Assembly (NCBI GenBank): GCA_018396535.1
Contig: JAGTQC010000002.1
Coordinates: 32,001 to 96,000 of the forward strand
DNA: 64,000 bases
Source: Candidatus Bathyarchaeota archaeon
GTDB taxonomy: Archaea; Thermoproteota; CALKCG01; B24; DRYS01
Reading direction: 5' to 3'
Part shown: one piece after another, positions 19,879 to 29,334 of the stretch
Layout: each line of letters starts with the position of its first letter
How positions within the stretch are numbered: the stretch's first letter is position 1
Program-made: the position numbers and the translations under genes
Notes under the pieces: model-generated
What the model was told of the DNA's origin: nothing
Database searches by the model: none
Seen by the model: only the letters and a program-made list of their open reading frames with translations

Positions 19879-20769
19879 CTAGATAGATGCATATTCACGA
19901 TAGTACTCCTCTATATCATCCCTAGATAATCTACCCCTATGGAGCATTATCCTATATCTGAACTTAACATTTGACCCCCTATCTATCTTCATACTACCAT
20001 CTACATCTTTTCTCCCTTCAAAATCCCTTAGACCAAAGCAGTTGACCGCGAAGAGCCCATATGCTCTTACATGCCAGTATGTGGGATGCCTAGGATTACT
20101 AGGATGATCGAATATAGTTATACCCACTATCTCTCCATCAACTCTACCCGTATAATCGCACCACCTAGCTCTCTTACCCCAACACTGAGGTTCACCTACA
20201 CCCCCCTCGGAATTCATTATAACTCCACCACCCACAGATTCTCTCATACTATCTACAACCCTCAATGCGACAATACCCCCCTCCTTAGTATCCCCCAAAG
20301 TTACATCCCCGTAACTCGCTCGAAACTCTACCTCATAATCTATAAGCCTAATATCGTTTCGAGTTTTCCAAAATGCTACAACCCTACTTTCATCCATAAG
20401 CCTCCCACCTTCTACAGATAACCAAAGGTTTATGGAATTCAATACGCATACATCACTTCTCAGCGATATAGTTGGGTTATCTGCACATTTTATAAATCCA
20501 GCAGTAGGTTTCTCACTCCATAAATCAACGCCGTTTACATCTCCATGCGCAGTCCATAGAGATCTATGATGTATATGATCTGGCGGCTCATCCCTAGTAA
20601 CCATCATACCTTTAGGAGCATATATTGGGTAGAAATATGGCTTACGAATACCTCCACCATACCTGTATATCGCTATCAGCGTATCATCCTCAAATACCTC
20701 TAAGAAGCCATCCCTGACTAATCGAACCGAGAACACCATTCCATGACACCAATCCTTAATACTCTGCAA
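19879..20769 (-). CDS. DUF6807 / 'PmoA-family' carbohydrate-associated protein (not methane monooxygenase)
   Basis: KPYFYP, DHIHHRSLW, DHPSNPRHPTYWHVRAYGLF. Confidence 0.75.
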   Translation of the reverse strand: MQSIKDWCHGMVFSVRLVRDGFLEVFEDDTLIAIYRYGGGIRKPYFYPIYAPKGMMVTRDEPPDHIHHRSLWTAHGDVNGVDLWSEKPTAGFIKCADNPTISLRSDVCVLNSINLWLSVEGGRLMDESRVVAFWKTRNDIRLIDYEVEFRASYGDVTLGDTKEGGIVALRVVDSMRESVGGGVIMNSEGGVGEPQCWGKRARWCDYTGRVDGEIVGITIFDHPSNPRHPTYWHVRAYGLFAVNCFGLRDFEGRKDVDGSMKIDRGSNVKFRYRIMLHRGRLSRDDIEEYYREYASI

Positions 20770-21583
20770 AAAACCTCTTAAGATTTTCTATACTAATCTT
20801 AACAGCACCAGCCGGATCCTCCTCTCTCCTTAAAATCTCTACGGATACGTAACCCTTAAATCCGATTTTCCTCAAGCTTCTAACGACTGCCCTATAATCG
20901 GCGGATCCGAAACCAGGCCCACCCATATTATCATCGTTAGCATGAAAATGCATAAGATATCTCCCACCCTTTTCTATCTGTCTATCAATAGGCTCATCCG
21001 CACCAGTCATAGCGTACACATCTAGTATAAGCCTGAAATTAGGATGATTCACATCCTCTATAAGCTTGATAGCTTCATCTACCGTATTTATGAAGTTAGT
21101 CATCCCTTTCCTTAGAGGTTCTATACATATATAGACGTCGTATTGCTCAGCATACATCGAACATCTTCTAAATATATCTGCAGCCCATCTCCATGCATCT
21201 GCATGATTAACTCCCTCAGGTATACTTCTCTGAGCTGGAGAACCGAAGACTATAATCTTACCGTCGAGATCACTACAAAAGTCTATCAACGCCCTTAGAT
21301 AAGATTCCGTTCTCTCTCTCACGTTAGAATAGGGACTCGTTAGATGAACACCTTCGACACCTCTAAGAACCCAGTGTATTCCGACGATCTCTATATCGAA
21401 GCTTTCAGCATCATTTCTTATAGATCTCCTCGTATCTTTATCAACATCTGTAACCCTACTAGCTATGGTGAACGGGGCTATCTCAACACCGTTATACCCA
21501 ATGCTCGATACGTACTCGAAAACACGTCTAAGACTCCATCCTTCAAATACCTCATTACATACAGCAAATCTGGGCATACTCAT
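20756..21583 (-). CDS. sugar phosphate isomerase/epimerase (psicose/tagatose 3-epimerase-like TIM barrel)
   Basis: GVEIAPF, IEPL, LDVYAM, HFHANDDN, VSVE. Confidence 0.85.
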   Translation of the reverse strand: MSMPRFAVCNEVFEGWSLRRVFEYVSSIGYNGVEIAPFTIASRVTDVDKDTRRSIRNDAESFDIEIVGIHWVLRGVEGVHLTSPYSNVRERTESYLRALIDFCSDLDGKIIVFGSPAQRSIPEGVNHADAWRWAADIFRRCSMYAEQYDVYICIEPLRKGMTNFINTVDEAIKLIEDVNHPNFRLILDVYAMTGADEPIDRQIEKGGRYLMHFHANDDNMGGPGFGSADYRAVVRSLRKIGFKGYVSVEILRREEDPAGAVKISIENLKRFFAEY

Positions 21584-21749
21584 CGTACTACATCGCTCAT
21601 CGTATTAACTTAATATTTAAAGTTATTCTCGACCAGCCTGTAAACTATAAACTGGAAGCTAGTTAGCCTACAGAGCTTCACTCGCTGCTCAGATTTGGAC
21701 TCTAAATCAGTAAAACTTAACTATGGGTTATTAAAATACTTATAGTTTT

Positions 21750-23180
21750 ATGCATACGCGGGTTATGAGAAAACGTAATAGTTTAGCGGTAAGCCTTGCA
21801 GTATTCCTCATCTGCACAGTAGTAGCTGTAGTAGTAGCAGGTATAGCAGGATACTATATAGGTCATGATGGGGGCTATCGCTCAGGATATAATGCCGGCT
21901 ATAACGAAGGATATGGCAAGGGTCGAGATGAAGGCTTGGTAGCTGGTGCGCAAGCAGCCTACCGTGAAGGCTATAATACAGGTTATAGCACAGGTTATCG
22001 TCACGGCTTCTCCAACGGTACACTTAATGTTGCTAAAGCATTGTATATGGGGCTTAAAGATAGGATATTAAGAGAGATCGTACAAGTATCTGCACCCAAC
22101 CTCCCATCAAAGATAAAGGTCGGGTGTCTAATGGCCTTAACAGGCGAATTAGGGCCTATGGGTGTCGAGATAGCTAAAGGTGCTCAGCTAGCCGTAGCTC
22201 TCGTAAATCGCCTTGGAGGTGTAGCTGGTAGACCTGTAGAGCTTATACTAGAAGATACCGGTACAGATCCTAGTAAAGCTTTAACAGCTTGTAAGAAACT
22301 AGTCGAGGTCGACGGTGTCAAGGTTATAGTAGGCCCTATGGCTAGTGGTGAAGTTATGGCTGTAGGAAGTTATGTTAACGAGAGAAAAGTCGTACTAGTA
22401 TCTCCATCAGCTACATCACCATACATAACTCTAAACTTCCCAGATGACTACGTATTCAGAGTCGTAGGCAGCGATACAGCTCAAGCTAAAGCTCTAGTTA
22501 AGCTAGCTCTGGATGCAGGTTGTAGGAAGATAGCGACTTTAGTTATGGATAACCCATATGGTGTAGGTATAGAGGATGTAGTTTCATCTCTTATAAAAGA
22601 TAAAATAGTACTCAAGGTGAGATACGACCCTAAGAAGATGGATTTCAGAACAGAGTTAACACAGATTAAAGGCGCAGGCGTAGATGGCGTTATATATGTA
22701 GGCTATTATGAAGATGGTCGTGTAATGTTTAGACAAGCCTTAGAGCTAGGTTTAGATAATATAAAGTGGTTTGCAGCAGAAGGTGTATACGGAGAACCAA
22801 TGCTAGTAGTTCCTGAATCCGCTGAATTCATGTATAGAGCCGTATTAGGTACTAGACCTCTACCTCCACTTATATCGTTCTATGATGAATTCTTAGAGGA
22901 ATACGAAGCAGTATTCGGAGCTAAACCAGCAGCCCCATACATAGAGTATTGCTTTGACGCTACACTTATGCTCTTAGAGGCTATAGCTAAAGCAGGGGTA
23001 TATGATGGAGCAGCTATAAAAGAGAAGCTGATGGAAATATCAAGCTCCTTCCTAGGTGCTTCAGGCTATAAAGCCTTTGACAGCGTAGGAGATCAGCTTA
23101 TGCAGATATATTCAACATGGAAAGTTGTCAAAGATGATGGTAAATATAAGATAATAGATGTAGGAGCCATAACACCATAG
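21750..23180 (+). CDS. livK: Liv-type ABC transporter substrate-binding protein with N-terminal TM and GxxxG-repeat stalk
   Basis: IKVGCLMALTG, GRPVELILED, SPSATSP, FRVVGSD. Confidence 0.85.
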   Translation: MHTRVMRKRNSLAVSLAVFLICTVVAVVVAGIAGYYIGHDGGYRSGYNAGYNEGYGKGRDEGLVAGAQAAYREGYNTGYSTGYRHGFSNGTLNVAKALYMGLKDRILREIVQVSAPNLPSKIKVGCLMALTGELGPMGVEIAKGAQLAVALVNRLGGVAGRPVELILEDTGTDPSKALTACKKLVEVDGVKVIVGPMASGEVMAVGSYVNERKVVLVSPSATSPYITLNFPDDYVFRVVGSDTAQAKALVKLALDAGCRKIATLVMDNPYGVGIEDVVSSLIKDKIVLKVRYDPKKMDFRTELTQIKGAGVDGVIYVGYYEDGRVMFRQALELGLDNIKWFAAEGVYGEPMLVVPESAEFMYRAVLGTRPLPPLISFYDEFLEEYEAVFGAKPAAPYIEYCFDATLMLLEAIAKAGVYDGAAIKEKLMEISSSFLGASGYKAFDSVGDQLMQIYSTWKVVKDDGKYKIIDVGAITP

Positions 23181-23204
23181 ATCAGCTGGGGGATCAAAAT
23201 ATAA

Positions 23205-24104
23205 ATGTATACACTGAATCTCCCTCAAATATTTTTTAATTCTATAATAACTGGGAGCATATTTATGCTTGCAGCTATAGGCTTAAGCCTATCCTATAGC
23301 CTATCTCGTTTCCCGAATTTTGCTCATGCAGAATACATAACCTTAGGAGGGTACATCGGTTTTCTTCTATTTGAACAGTTGAATATGCACCTCTATATAG
23401 CGTTCACAGCTTCTTTCCTAGTATCTGGGCTTCTCTCTCTACTATCCTATACGGTTCTATTCAAGCCTCTCCAAGATAGGGGGGCCCCCATGGTTTATCT
23501 TATGGTTGCATCCATAGGTTTAGGTATAACCATTAGACACATAATTCAACAGATATGGGGTGGATCCCCTTTAACTATAAGAGCCGTATGGCCTAGATGG
23601 GATATAGGACCTCTAACGATCTCGGGTCTCTATCTATACCTAATAGCTACGGTTATCTCAACATCTATAGTACTACACTTACTACTAGCTAGCACTATTA
23701 TAGGTAAATGTATTAGAGCGGTATCTGATAATATAGAGCTAGCTTCCTCAGTAGGTGTGAATGTGGATAATGTATCTAGGTTTGTATGGTTTGTAGGAGG
23801 GGGGTTAGCAGGTTTATCAGGGTTTTTCATGGTAGCTATAGCTAACGCTATACCTCTCTTAGGTTGGAGACTGCTAATACCCGCATTCGCCGTAACGGTT
23901 TTGGGAGGAGTGGGCAGCTTCTATGGAGCTTTAATTGCAGCTTATACTCTCGGCTTTGCTGAGAATATAAGTGTAATAGGTTTAACCGCTCTAGGTCTAC
24001 CTACAGATCTGAAAATGCTCGTTTTCTTCATTACGATAGTCGTCGTATTATTAGCTAAACCTGAAGGTATAATCGCATCGATAAGGAGGGGTTTACGTGT
24101 CTGA
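23205..24104 (+). CDS. livH: branched-chain amino acid ABC permease
   Basis: NFAHAE, GKCIRAVSDN, VLGGVGS. Confidence 0.88.
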   Translation: MYTLNLPQIFFNSIITGSIFMLAAIGLSLSYSLSRFPNFAHAEYITLGGYIGFLLFEQLNMHLYIAFTASFLVSGLLSLLSYTVLFKPLQDRGAPMVYLMVASIGLGITIRHIIQQIWGGSPLTIRAVWPRWDIGPLTISGLYLYLIATVISTSIVLHLLLASTIIGKCIRAVSDNIELASSVGVNVDNVSRFVWFVGGGLAGLSGFFMVAIANAIPLLGWRLLIPAFAVTVLGGVGSFYGALIAAYTLGFAENISVIGLTALGLPTDLKMLVFFITIVVVLLAKPEGIIASIRRGLRV

Positions 24105-25080
24105 TCCAGCGATCTTCATAATGCACATAGCCTACAAGATCGGAGTTTATGGTATAGCAGCTTTAAGTCTCAATATAGAATATGGGTATACAGGTCTATC
24201 CAATTTTGGTAAAGCGGCATTCCTCATGATAGGCGCATACACAGCTGCGATAGCACTCGAGAATGGTCTACATCCCGTCATAGCTATAATCCTATCTGTA
24301 ATTATATCTGGTGTTATAGGTCTACTAGCATCTGCTTTTACATTAAAGTTTAGAGAGGATTATCTAGCTATAACACTACTAGCCTTTGCTGAGATCACTA
24401 GACTTATAATACGGAGCTTCGATGACTCCGCAAAAGCTTTAACCAGATTGATAACCGGTATGGAAAACTACGTTAACATATTCGGCGGGGTTCACGGTAA
24501 AGTAGTAAGAAGCTTCATAAGCATCATAGGCGATTACAGGCTATACAATGTAGCTCAGCTATGTCTAGCCTACGGATTTCTAATATTCTCCTACATATTC
24601 GTAAAACTACTGTTAGACTCACCTTATGGCCGTGTTCTCAGAGCTATCAGGGAGGATGAGCTTGCCTCTCAAACACTAGGTAAGGAGACATGGCGTTATA
24701 AACTACAAGTTATAATCCTAGGCTCCATGCTTGCAGGGTTAGCTGGTGCTTTAATCGCACAGTTTGAAGGATATATAAGTCCTGAAAGCTTCCAACCCCA
24801 TCTAACTTTCGCTATATGGATGATGGTTATACTCGGTGGTGTAGGGAATAACCTGGGAGTTATCCTAGGAGCCGCTCTTGTAGAATCTATAGAAGCAGCT
24901 GCTTTATTCATTAAAGGCTTCCTCGGCTATCTGCCATTAGATCCTATAAATATACAGTGGATATTTGTCGGTATATCTATCATAGTAATCGTAGCATTCA
25001 AACCTAAGGGTCTCGTAGAAGAACGCCCTATCAAAACACCCGCCATGGAGGTGGCTATAGCTGGCTCTACTAGAGATTAG
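24097..25080 (+). CDS. livM: branched-chain amino acid ABC permease
   Basis: DYLAITLLAFAEI, SPYGRVLRAIREDE. Confidence 0.88.
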   Translation: MSDPAIFIMHIAYKIGVYGIAALSLNIEYGYTGLSNFGKAAFLMIGAYTAAIALENGLHPVIAIILSVIISGVIGLLASAFTLKFREDYLAITLLAFAEITRLIIRSFDDSAKALTRLITGMENYVNIFGGVHGKVVRSFISIIGDYRLYNVAQLCLAYGFLIFSYIFVKLLLDSPYGRVLRAIREDELASQTLGKETWRYKLQVIILGSMLAGLAGALIAQFEGYISPESFQPHLTFAIWMMVILGGVGNNLGVILGAALVESIEAAALFIKGFLGYLPLDPINIQWIFVGISIIVIVAFKPKGLVEERPIKTPAMEVAIAGSTRD

Positions 25081-25831
25081 AAAATTATCGAAAAGTTTCG
25101 GTGGGCTAAAAGCCGTAAACTCAGTCGATCTAGATGTAGAGGAGGAAAGTATAACCGGGCTTATAGGTCCTAACGGCAGCGGGAAAACTACTTTATTCAA
25201 TATGATCTCTGGTGTTGTGCAGAGGGATAGCGGCGAGATATGGTTTATGAAGGAGCGTATAGATGGTCTCCAGCCGTTCAAGATCTATGCGAAGGGTATA
25301 GTTAGAAGCTTCCAAATACCAAGACTATTTTGGAGGCTTACCGTCTTAGACAACATGTTGATAGCAGCTAGAGAATTTATAGGTGAAAGCTTTACAGGAA
25401 CATTATTCAGAAGGGGTAAATGGGTATCAGAAGAGAGGAAGCTTGTAGATAAAGCTCTAGATATACTTAGGTTACTAGGATTGTCTGAGTCGGCTTTCAG
25501 ATTTGCATATCAGCTTTCAGGAGGACAGATGAAGCTTCTAGAGATAGGTAGAGCTCTAATGGCTGATCCCAAGCTTCTTCTTTTAGATGAGCCTACAGCT
25601 GGTGTTCATCCCAAACTTGCACAGGATATATTCAGGAAGATAGAAGAGATACGGAGAATATACGGTACAGCAGTCTTCGTTATAGAGCATAGAGTTGAAA
25701 CATTATTCTCTTATGCAGATTGGGTATACGTTATGGATAATGGTAGCCTCATATATAGTGGTAAACCTAGCGGCGTAGTTCTAGATGCCAGGGTTCAGAA
25801 AGCGTATCTAGGTGATATATATGTTGCTTAG
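25061..25831 (+). CDS. livG: branched-chain amino acid ABC ATPase; probable CTG start at 25061
   Basis: frame upstream of 25202 reads ALLEIRKLSKSFGG...GPNGSGKTT; LSGGQ; LLLDEP. Confidence 0.88.
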   Translation: MALLEIRKLSKSFGGLKAVNSVDLDVEEESITGLIGPNGSGKTTLFNMISGVVQRDSGEIWFMKERIDGLQPFKIYAKGIVRSFQIPRLFWRLTVLDNMLIAAREFIGESFTGTLFRRGKWVSEERKLVDKALDILRLLGLSESAFRFAYQLSGGQMKLLEIGRALMADPKLLLLDEPTAGVHPKLAQDIFRKIEEIRRIYGTAVFVIEHRVETLFSYADWVYVMDNGSLIYSGKPSGVVLDARVQKAYLGDIYVA

Positions 25832-26552
25832 AACAGTTGATCTAAGCGTAGGCTACGGAGATCTAAAAATCGTACAAAACGTATCGGTAGAAGTTAAAGG
25901 TGGGGAGGTTGTAAGCCTGATAGGCCCTAACGGTAGCGGTAAATCAACCTTGATAAAGGGTATAGTAGGTCTAGCTAAGGTATTCAGCGGCAGGGTCCTC
26001 CTTGATGAATTGGATGTAACAGGTTTACCAACGTATAAGCTTATCAGGATGGGTATAGGCTATGTACCCCAGAGACTCAATATATTCCCTAACCTATCGG
26101 TTAAGGAGAATCTTGAAGTTAGTGGAAGCTGGCTTGATAAGAATAGGATGAGGAGGAAAATCCAAGAAGTGATGGATATATTCCCGGAGATTAAACATAA
26201 AATGGACTGTAAAGCTGGACTTTTAAGCGGAGGAGAAAGGCAGATACTAGCTTTGGCTAGAGCTTTAGTAGCAGAGCCTAGGGTACTCTTACTCGATGAG
26301 CCTACAGCCAGTCTTAGCCCTATGATGGCTGATAAGATCTTCAGATATATAAGGGACATAGCATTCACTAATGATATTGCAATCATGATCGCAGAGCAAA
26401 ACGTAGCTAAAGCTTTGAAAAACTCTGACAGGAGTTACGTGTTAGTTTCAGGTAGATGCGTATCTGTAGAATCATCTAAAGCTCATCTATCAGACGATCA
26501 GCTTAAAAGGATATACCTTGAATTTATGAGCATTAAACCCGATAGCTTATGA
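25812..26552 (+). CDS. livF: branched-chain amino acid ABC ATPase
   Basis: GPNGSGKS, LSGGERQ, LLDEP, AEQN. Confidence 0.88.
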   Translation: MIYMLLRTVDLSVGYGDLKIVQNVSVEVKGGEVVSLIGPNGSGKSTLIKGIVGLAKVFSGRVLLDELDVTGLPTYKLIRMGIGYVPQRLNIFPNLSVKENLEVSGSWLDKNRMRRKIQEVMDIFPEIKHKMDCKAGLLSGGERQILALARALVAEPRVLLLDEPTASLSPMMADKIFRYIRDIAFTNDIAIMIAEQNVAKALKNSDRSYVLVSGRCVSVESSKAHLSDDQLKRIYLEFMSIKPDSL

Positions 26553-26609
26553 TAACTGATTCTAGAAAGATATACTTAAAAACATCGATAATATATATGA
26601 TCTATAGGG

Positions 26610-28928
26610 ATGCAGATAACCTTCTACCCTATAGATATCGATTACAGAGAATCTCCATCATTATCAGTTAGGCTTTGGGGTATAGATAGGGATGGAAAAC
26701 GTATAATGGCTTTTGACGATAGATTTAAACAATATTTCTTCGTCATACCTAAAGAGGGGTGTTCGACTAAGCTTTTTGAAGAATTAAACCTCCTAGGCGT
26801 ATCAGTTGATGAAATAGAAAAAAGATTCTTCGGCAAACCTATCAGGGTATTAAAGGTTGAATCCAGTAATGTCAAGCTTATCAACGAAGCCTTAGCTAAA
26901 ATATCTAGGAGCCGATATGTCGATAAGGTTCTCGAAGACGACCTTAGAGCTTCTACACATTATCTGCTGGAAAAGCAAATTAAACCATGTAATTGGGTTG
27001 AAGTGAGTGCAGAGTACGGGGGTATAGAAGGGGTTAGAGTTGATAAAATATACCGTATCATAGGTGATTTTAGAACGATCGATACAGCTATACCTCGACT
27101 CCGTATATTAGCATTCCATGTATACCCGTTATCGCGCTTCGGATCACCGAATCCAGATATCGATCCTATAGCCGTTATAACGGTAGGGACATCCGATGGA
27201 CATATAGAGCAGTATACGATAGATGATGGAGAGAAAACCATACTTTTGAAATTTATAGATTTCATAGATGAGTATGACCCAGATATAATCGTAGGGTTTG
27301 AATCGAACAGAGTATACTGGCCTTTCATAAATAGGAGAGCTTCCATCAACAATATTAAACTATCTATAGGTAGGGACGGGGGCTCTCCGCATACAAGCGT
27401 GTATGGTCATATATCGATACCTGGTCGTGTAAACCTAGACTTATACGATTTCGTGGAAGATTTGTATGAGGTTAAATCCAAAGATATAGAAGGCTTAGCC
27501 GACTATCTAGGATTGAAGTTTCCACGTAAACTTGTACCTAGCTTTAAGGTTTCGGAACTATGGAGTAGAGGATCGGATGGAAGGATAGATGTTAAGGAAT
27601 CTAGTAGATCGATCGTAGAAGCCATGCTAAAGCTATCTGAGGATATAGTCCCACTTGCACTTCAACTATCCTCGGTAGTGGGTCTACCACCTGACCATGT
27701 ATTCACCGCTGCTGTAGGTTTTAGAGTTGAGTCACATCTGATGTTCGAAGCAGCTAGTAGAGGCGAACTGATACCTAAACGTAGCGAGGTAGAATACGAA
27801 AGGTATGCTGGAGCTATAGTTCTAGAACCTACACCAGGTATACATGAGGATATACTCGTATTAGACTTCAAGTCTCTATACCCATCCCTCATAATAAAGT
27901 ACAATATATCACCGGATACTTATATCGAAGAGGGTGTAGCCTCTGATATAGATTTCTATGAAGCACCCGAGGTTAAGCATAGATTTAGAAAGGAGCCTAA
28001 AGGAATGTATGCAGAAGCATTATCTAAACTCCTTAAGGCTAGGGATGAGGTTAGAGTTAAACTTAAGGAAGTTGAGCCCAACAGTCACTTATACAAACTC
28101 CTCGATGCCAGACAGAAAGCTATAAAGATAGTATCTAACGCTACTTATGGTTATGCTGGCTGGATCGGTGCGCGATGGTATATGAAGCCTGTAGCAGAAT
28201 CTGTAGCAGCCTGGGGTAGAGCTACACTTAAATCAGTACTAGATTATGCATCTAAAATAAGCCTTAAAGTAGTTTATGGAGATACAGATTCCATATTTGT
28301 AGAATATGATGAGGAAAAAATAATGAAGCTTACAGAATTCGTAGAGAAGGAGCTTGGCTTAGAGATAAAACCAGATGTACACTATAAACGTGTATTATTT
28401 ACTGAAGCTAAGAAGCGTTACGTAGGTCTAACATTAGATGGACGTATAGATTTCGTGGGATTCGAAGCTGTAAGAGGGGACTGGAGTATGCTGGCTAAGA
28501 TAGTCCAAGAGGCTGTAGCAGACTCTATATTGAGGGAGGGGTCCGTAGCTAAAGCCATCTCCATATCTAGGGACTATATATCCATGGCTCGTAAAGGTTT
28601 ACTACCCTTAGAATACTTCATAGTATGGAAGACTATATCTAAGCCGCTAGAGGAGTATAAGGTTAGAACACCTCATACAGAAACTGCTAGAAAGCTTGTA
28701 GCTAAAGGTTTCAAGGTAAACCCCGGCGACCGTATAGGCTTTGTTATCGTCAAGAGAGCGGCGCAGAAACTATATGATAAAGTGGAGCCATACCTATACG
28801 CTAAACTGGAAGATATAGATATAGAATACTATATAGATAACCAGGTAATACCCGCTGCTCTAAGGATATTAGAAGTCTTAGGTGTAAGAAAGGAGCAACT
28901 TCTAGGTAGACAGGTAACCCTCTTTTAG
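26610..28928 (+). CDS. polB: family B DNA polymerase (PolB3-type), exonuclease motifs degenerate
   Basis: DFKSLYPS, KIVSNATYGY, YGDTDS, KKRY, C-terminal PIP-like QVTLF. Confidence 0.93.
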   Translation: MQITFYPIDIDYRESPSLSVRLWGIDRDGKRIMAFDDRFKQYFFVIPKEGCSTKLFEELNLLGVSVDEIEKRFFGKPIRVLKVESSNVKLINEALAKISRSRYVDKVLEDDLRASTHYLLEKQIKPCNWVEVSAEYGGIEGVRVDKIYRIIGDFRTIDTAIPRLRILAFHVYPLSRFGSPNPDIDPIAVITVGTSDGHIEQYTIDDGEKTILLKFIDFIDEYDPDIIVGFESNRVYWPFINRRASINNIKLSIGRDGGSPHTSVYGHISIPGRVNLDLYDFVEDLYEVKSKDIEGLADYLGLKFPRKLVPSFKVSELWSRGSDGRIDVKESSRSIVEAMLKLSEDIVPLALQLSSVVGLPPDHVFTAAVGFRVESHLMFEAASRGELIPKRSEVEYERYAGAIVLEPTPGIHEDILVLDFKSLYPSLIIKYNISPDTYIEEGVASDIDFYEAPEVKHRFRKEPKGMYAEALSKLLKARDEVRVKLKEVEPNSHLYKLLDARQKAIKIVSNATYGYAGWIGARWYMKPVAESVAAWGRATLKSVLDYASKISLKVVYGDTDSIFVEYDEEKIMKLTEFVEKELGLEIKPDVHYKRVLFTEAKKRYVGLTLDGRIDFVGFEAVRGDWSMLAKIVQEAVADSILREGSVAKAISISRDYISMARKGLLPLEYFIVWKTISKPLEEYKVRTPHTETARKLVAKGFKVNPGDRIGFVIVKRAAQKLYDKVEPYLYAKLEDIDIEYYIDNQVIPAALRILEVLGVRKEQLLGRQVTLF

Positions 28929-29022
28929 GAGCATCTGGTCTCATCTCAGAAGCTTATTCCTTGTATAAACTTTAAATAACCTCCCCCTCCATATATATTG
29001 GATGAACTAATTCGCCAAGAAA

Positions 29023-29097
29023 GCGGCCGTGGTCTAGGCTGGTTAGGATGGGGGCCCTCCAAGCCTCCGGTCGCGGGTTCAAATCCCGCCGGCCGCA
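29023..29097 (+). tRNA. tRNA-Gly(TCC) with C at position 33
   Basis: GCGGCCG/CGGCCGC acceptor stem, GGGGC CC TCC AA GCCTC, GTTCAAATC. Confidence 0.9.
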
Positions 29098-29115
29098 TAG
29101 TAATATTTGATGATA

Positions 29116-29265
29116 CTATACGACTCCAATCCACCTATATATAGGTGGTATCGTATACCCTCTAACATATGCTATAACGACTATTATCGTGAGTATGAGT
29201 ATGGTGACTAAAGCTACGGCTAATATAACTCTATAGAGTATACGTGTAGCGAGGGTATTCGACAT
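29116..29265 (-). CDS. small single-TM protein, 49 aa (not in ORF track)
   Basis: MSNTLATRILYRVILAVALVTILILTIIVVIAYVRGYTIPPIYRWIGVV; GGTAGGG upstream; co-oriented downstream of pepQ. Confidence 0.55.
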   Translation of the reverse strand: MSNTLATRILYRVILAVALVTILILTIIVVIAYVRGYTIPPIYRWIGVV

Positions 29266-29334
29266 AATATACCCTACCTAAATAGAGACTAGTATATTCT
29301 CTAATTAAGCATTATTGTTAACGATTATCTCCCC

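Noticed and set aside
19879-20769. Methane monooxygenase PmoA
   Set aside because: Soluble protein of a misleadingly named family; no TM helices and no pmoB/pmoC
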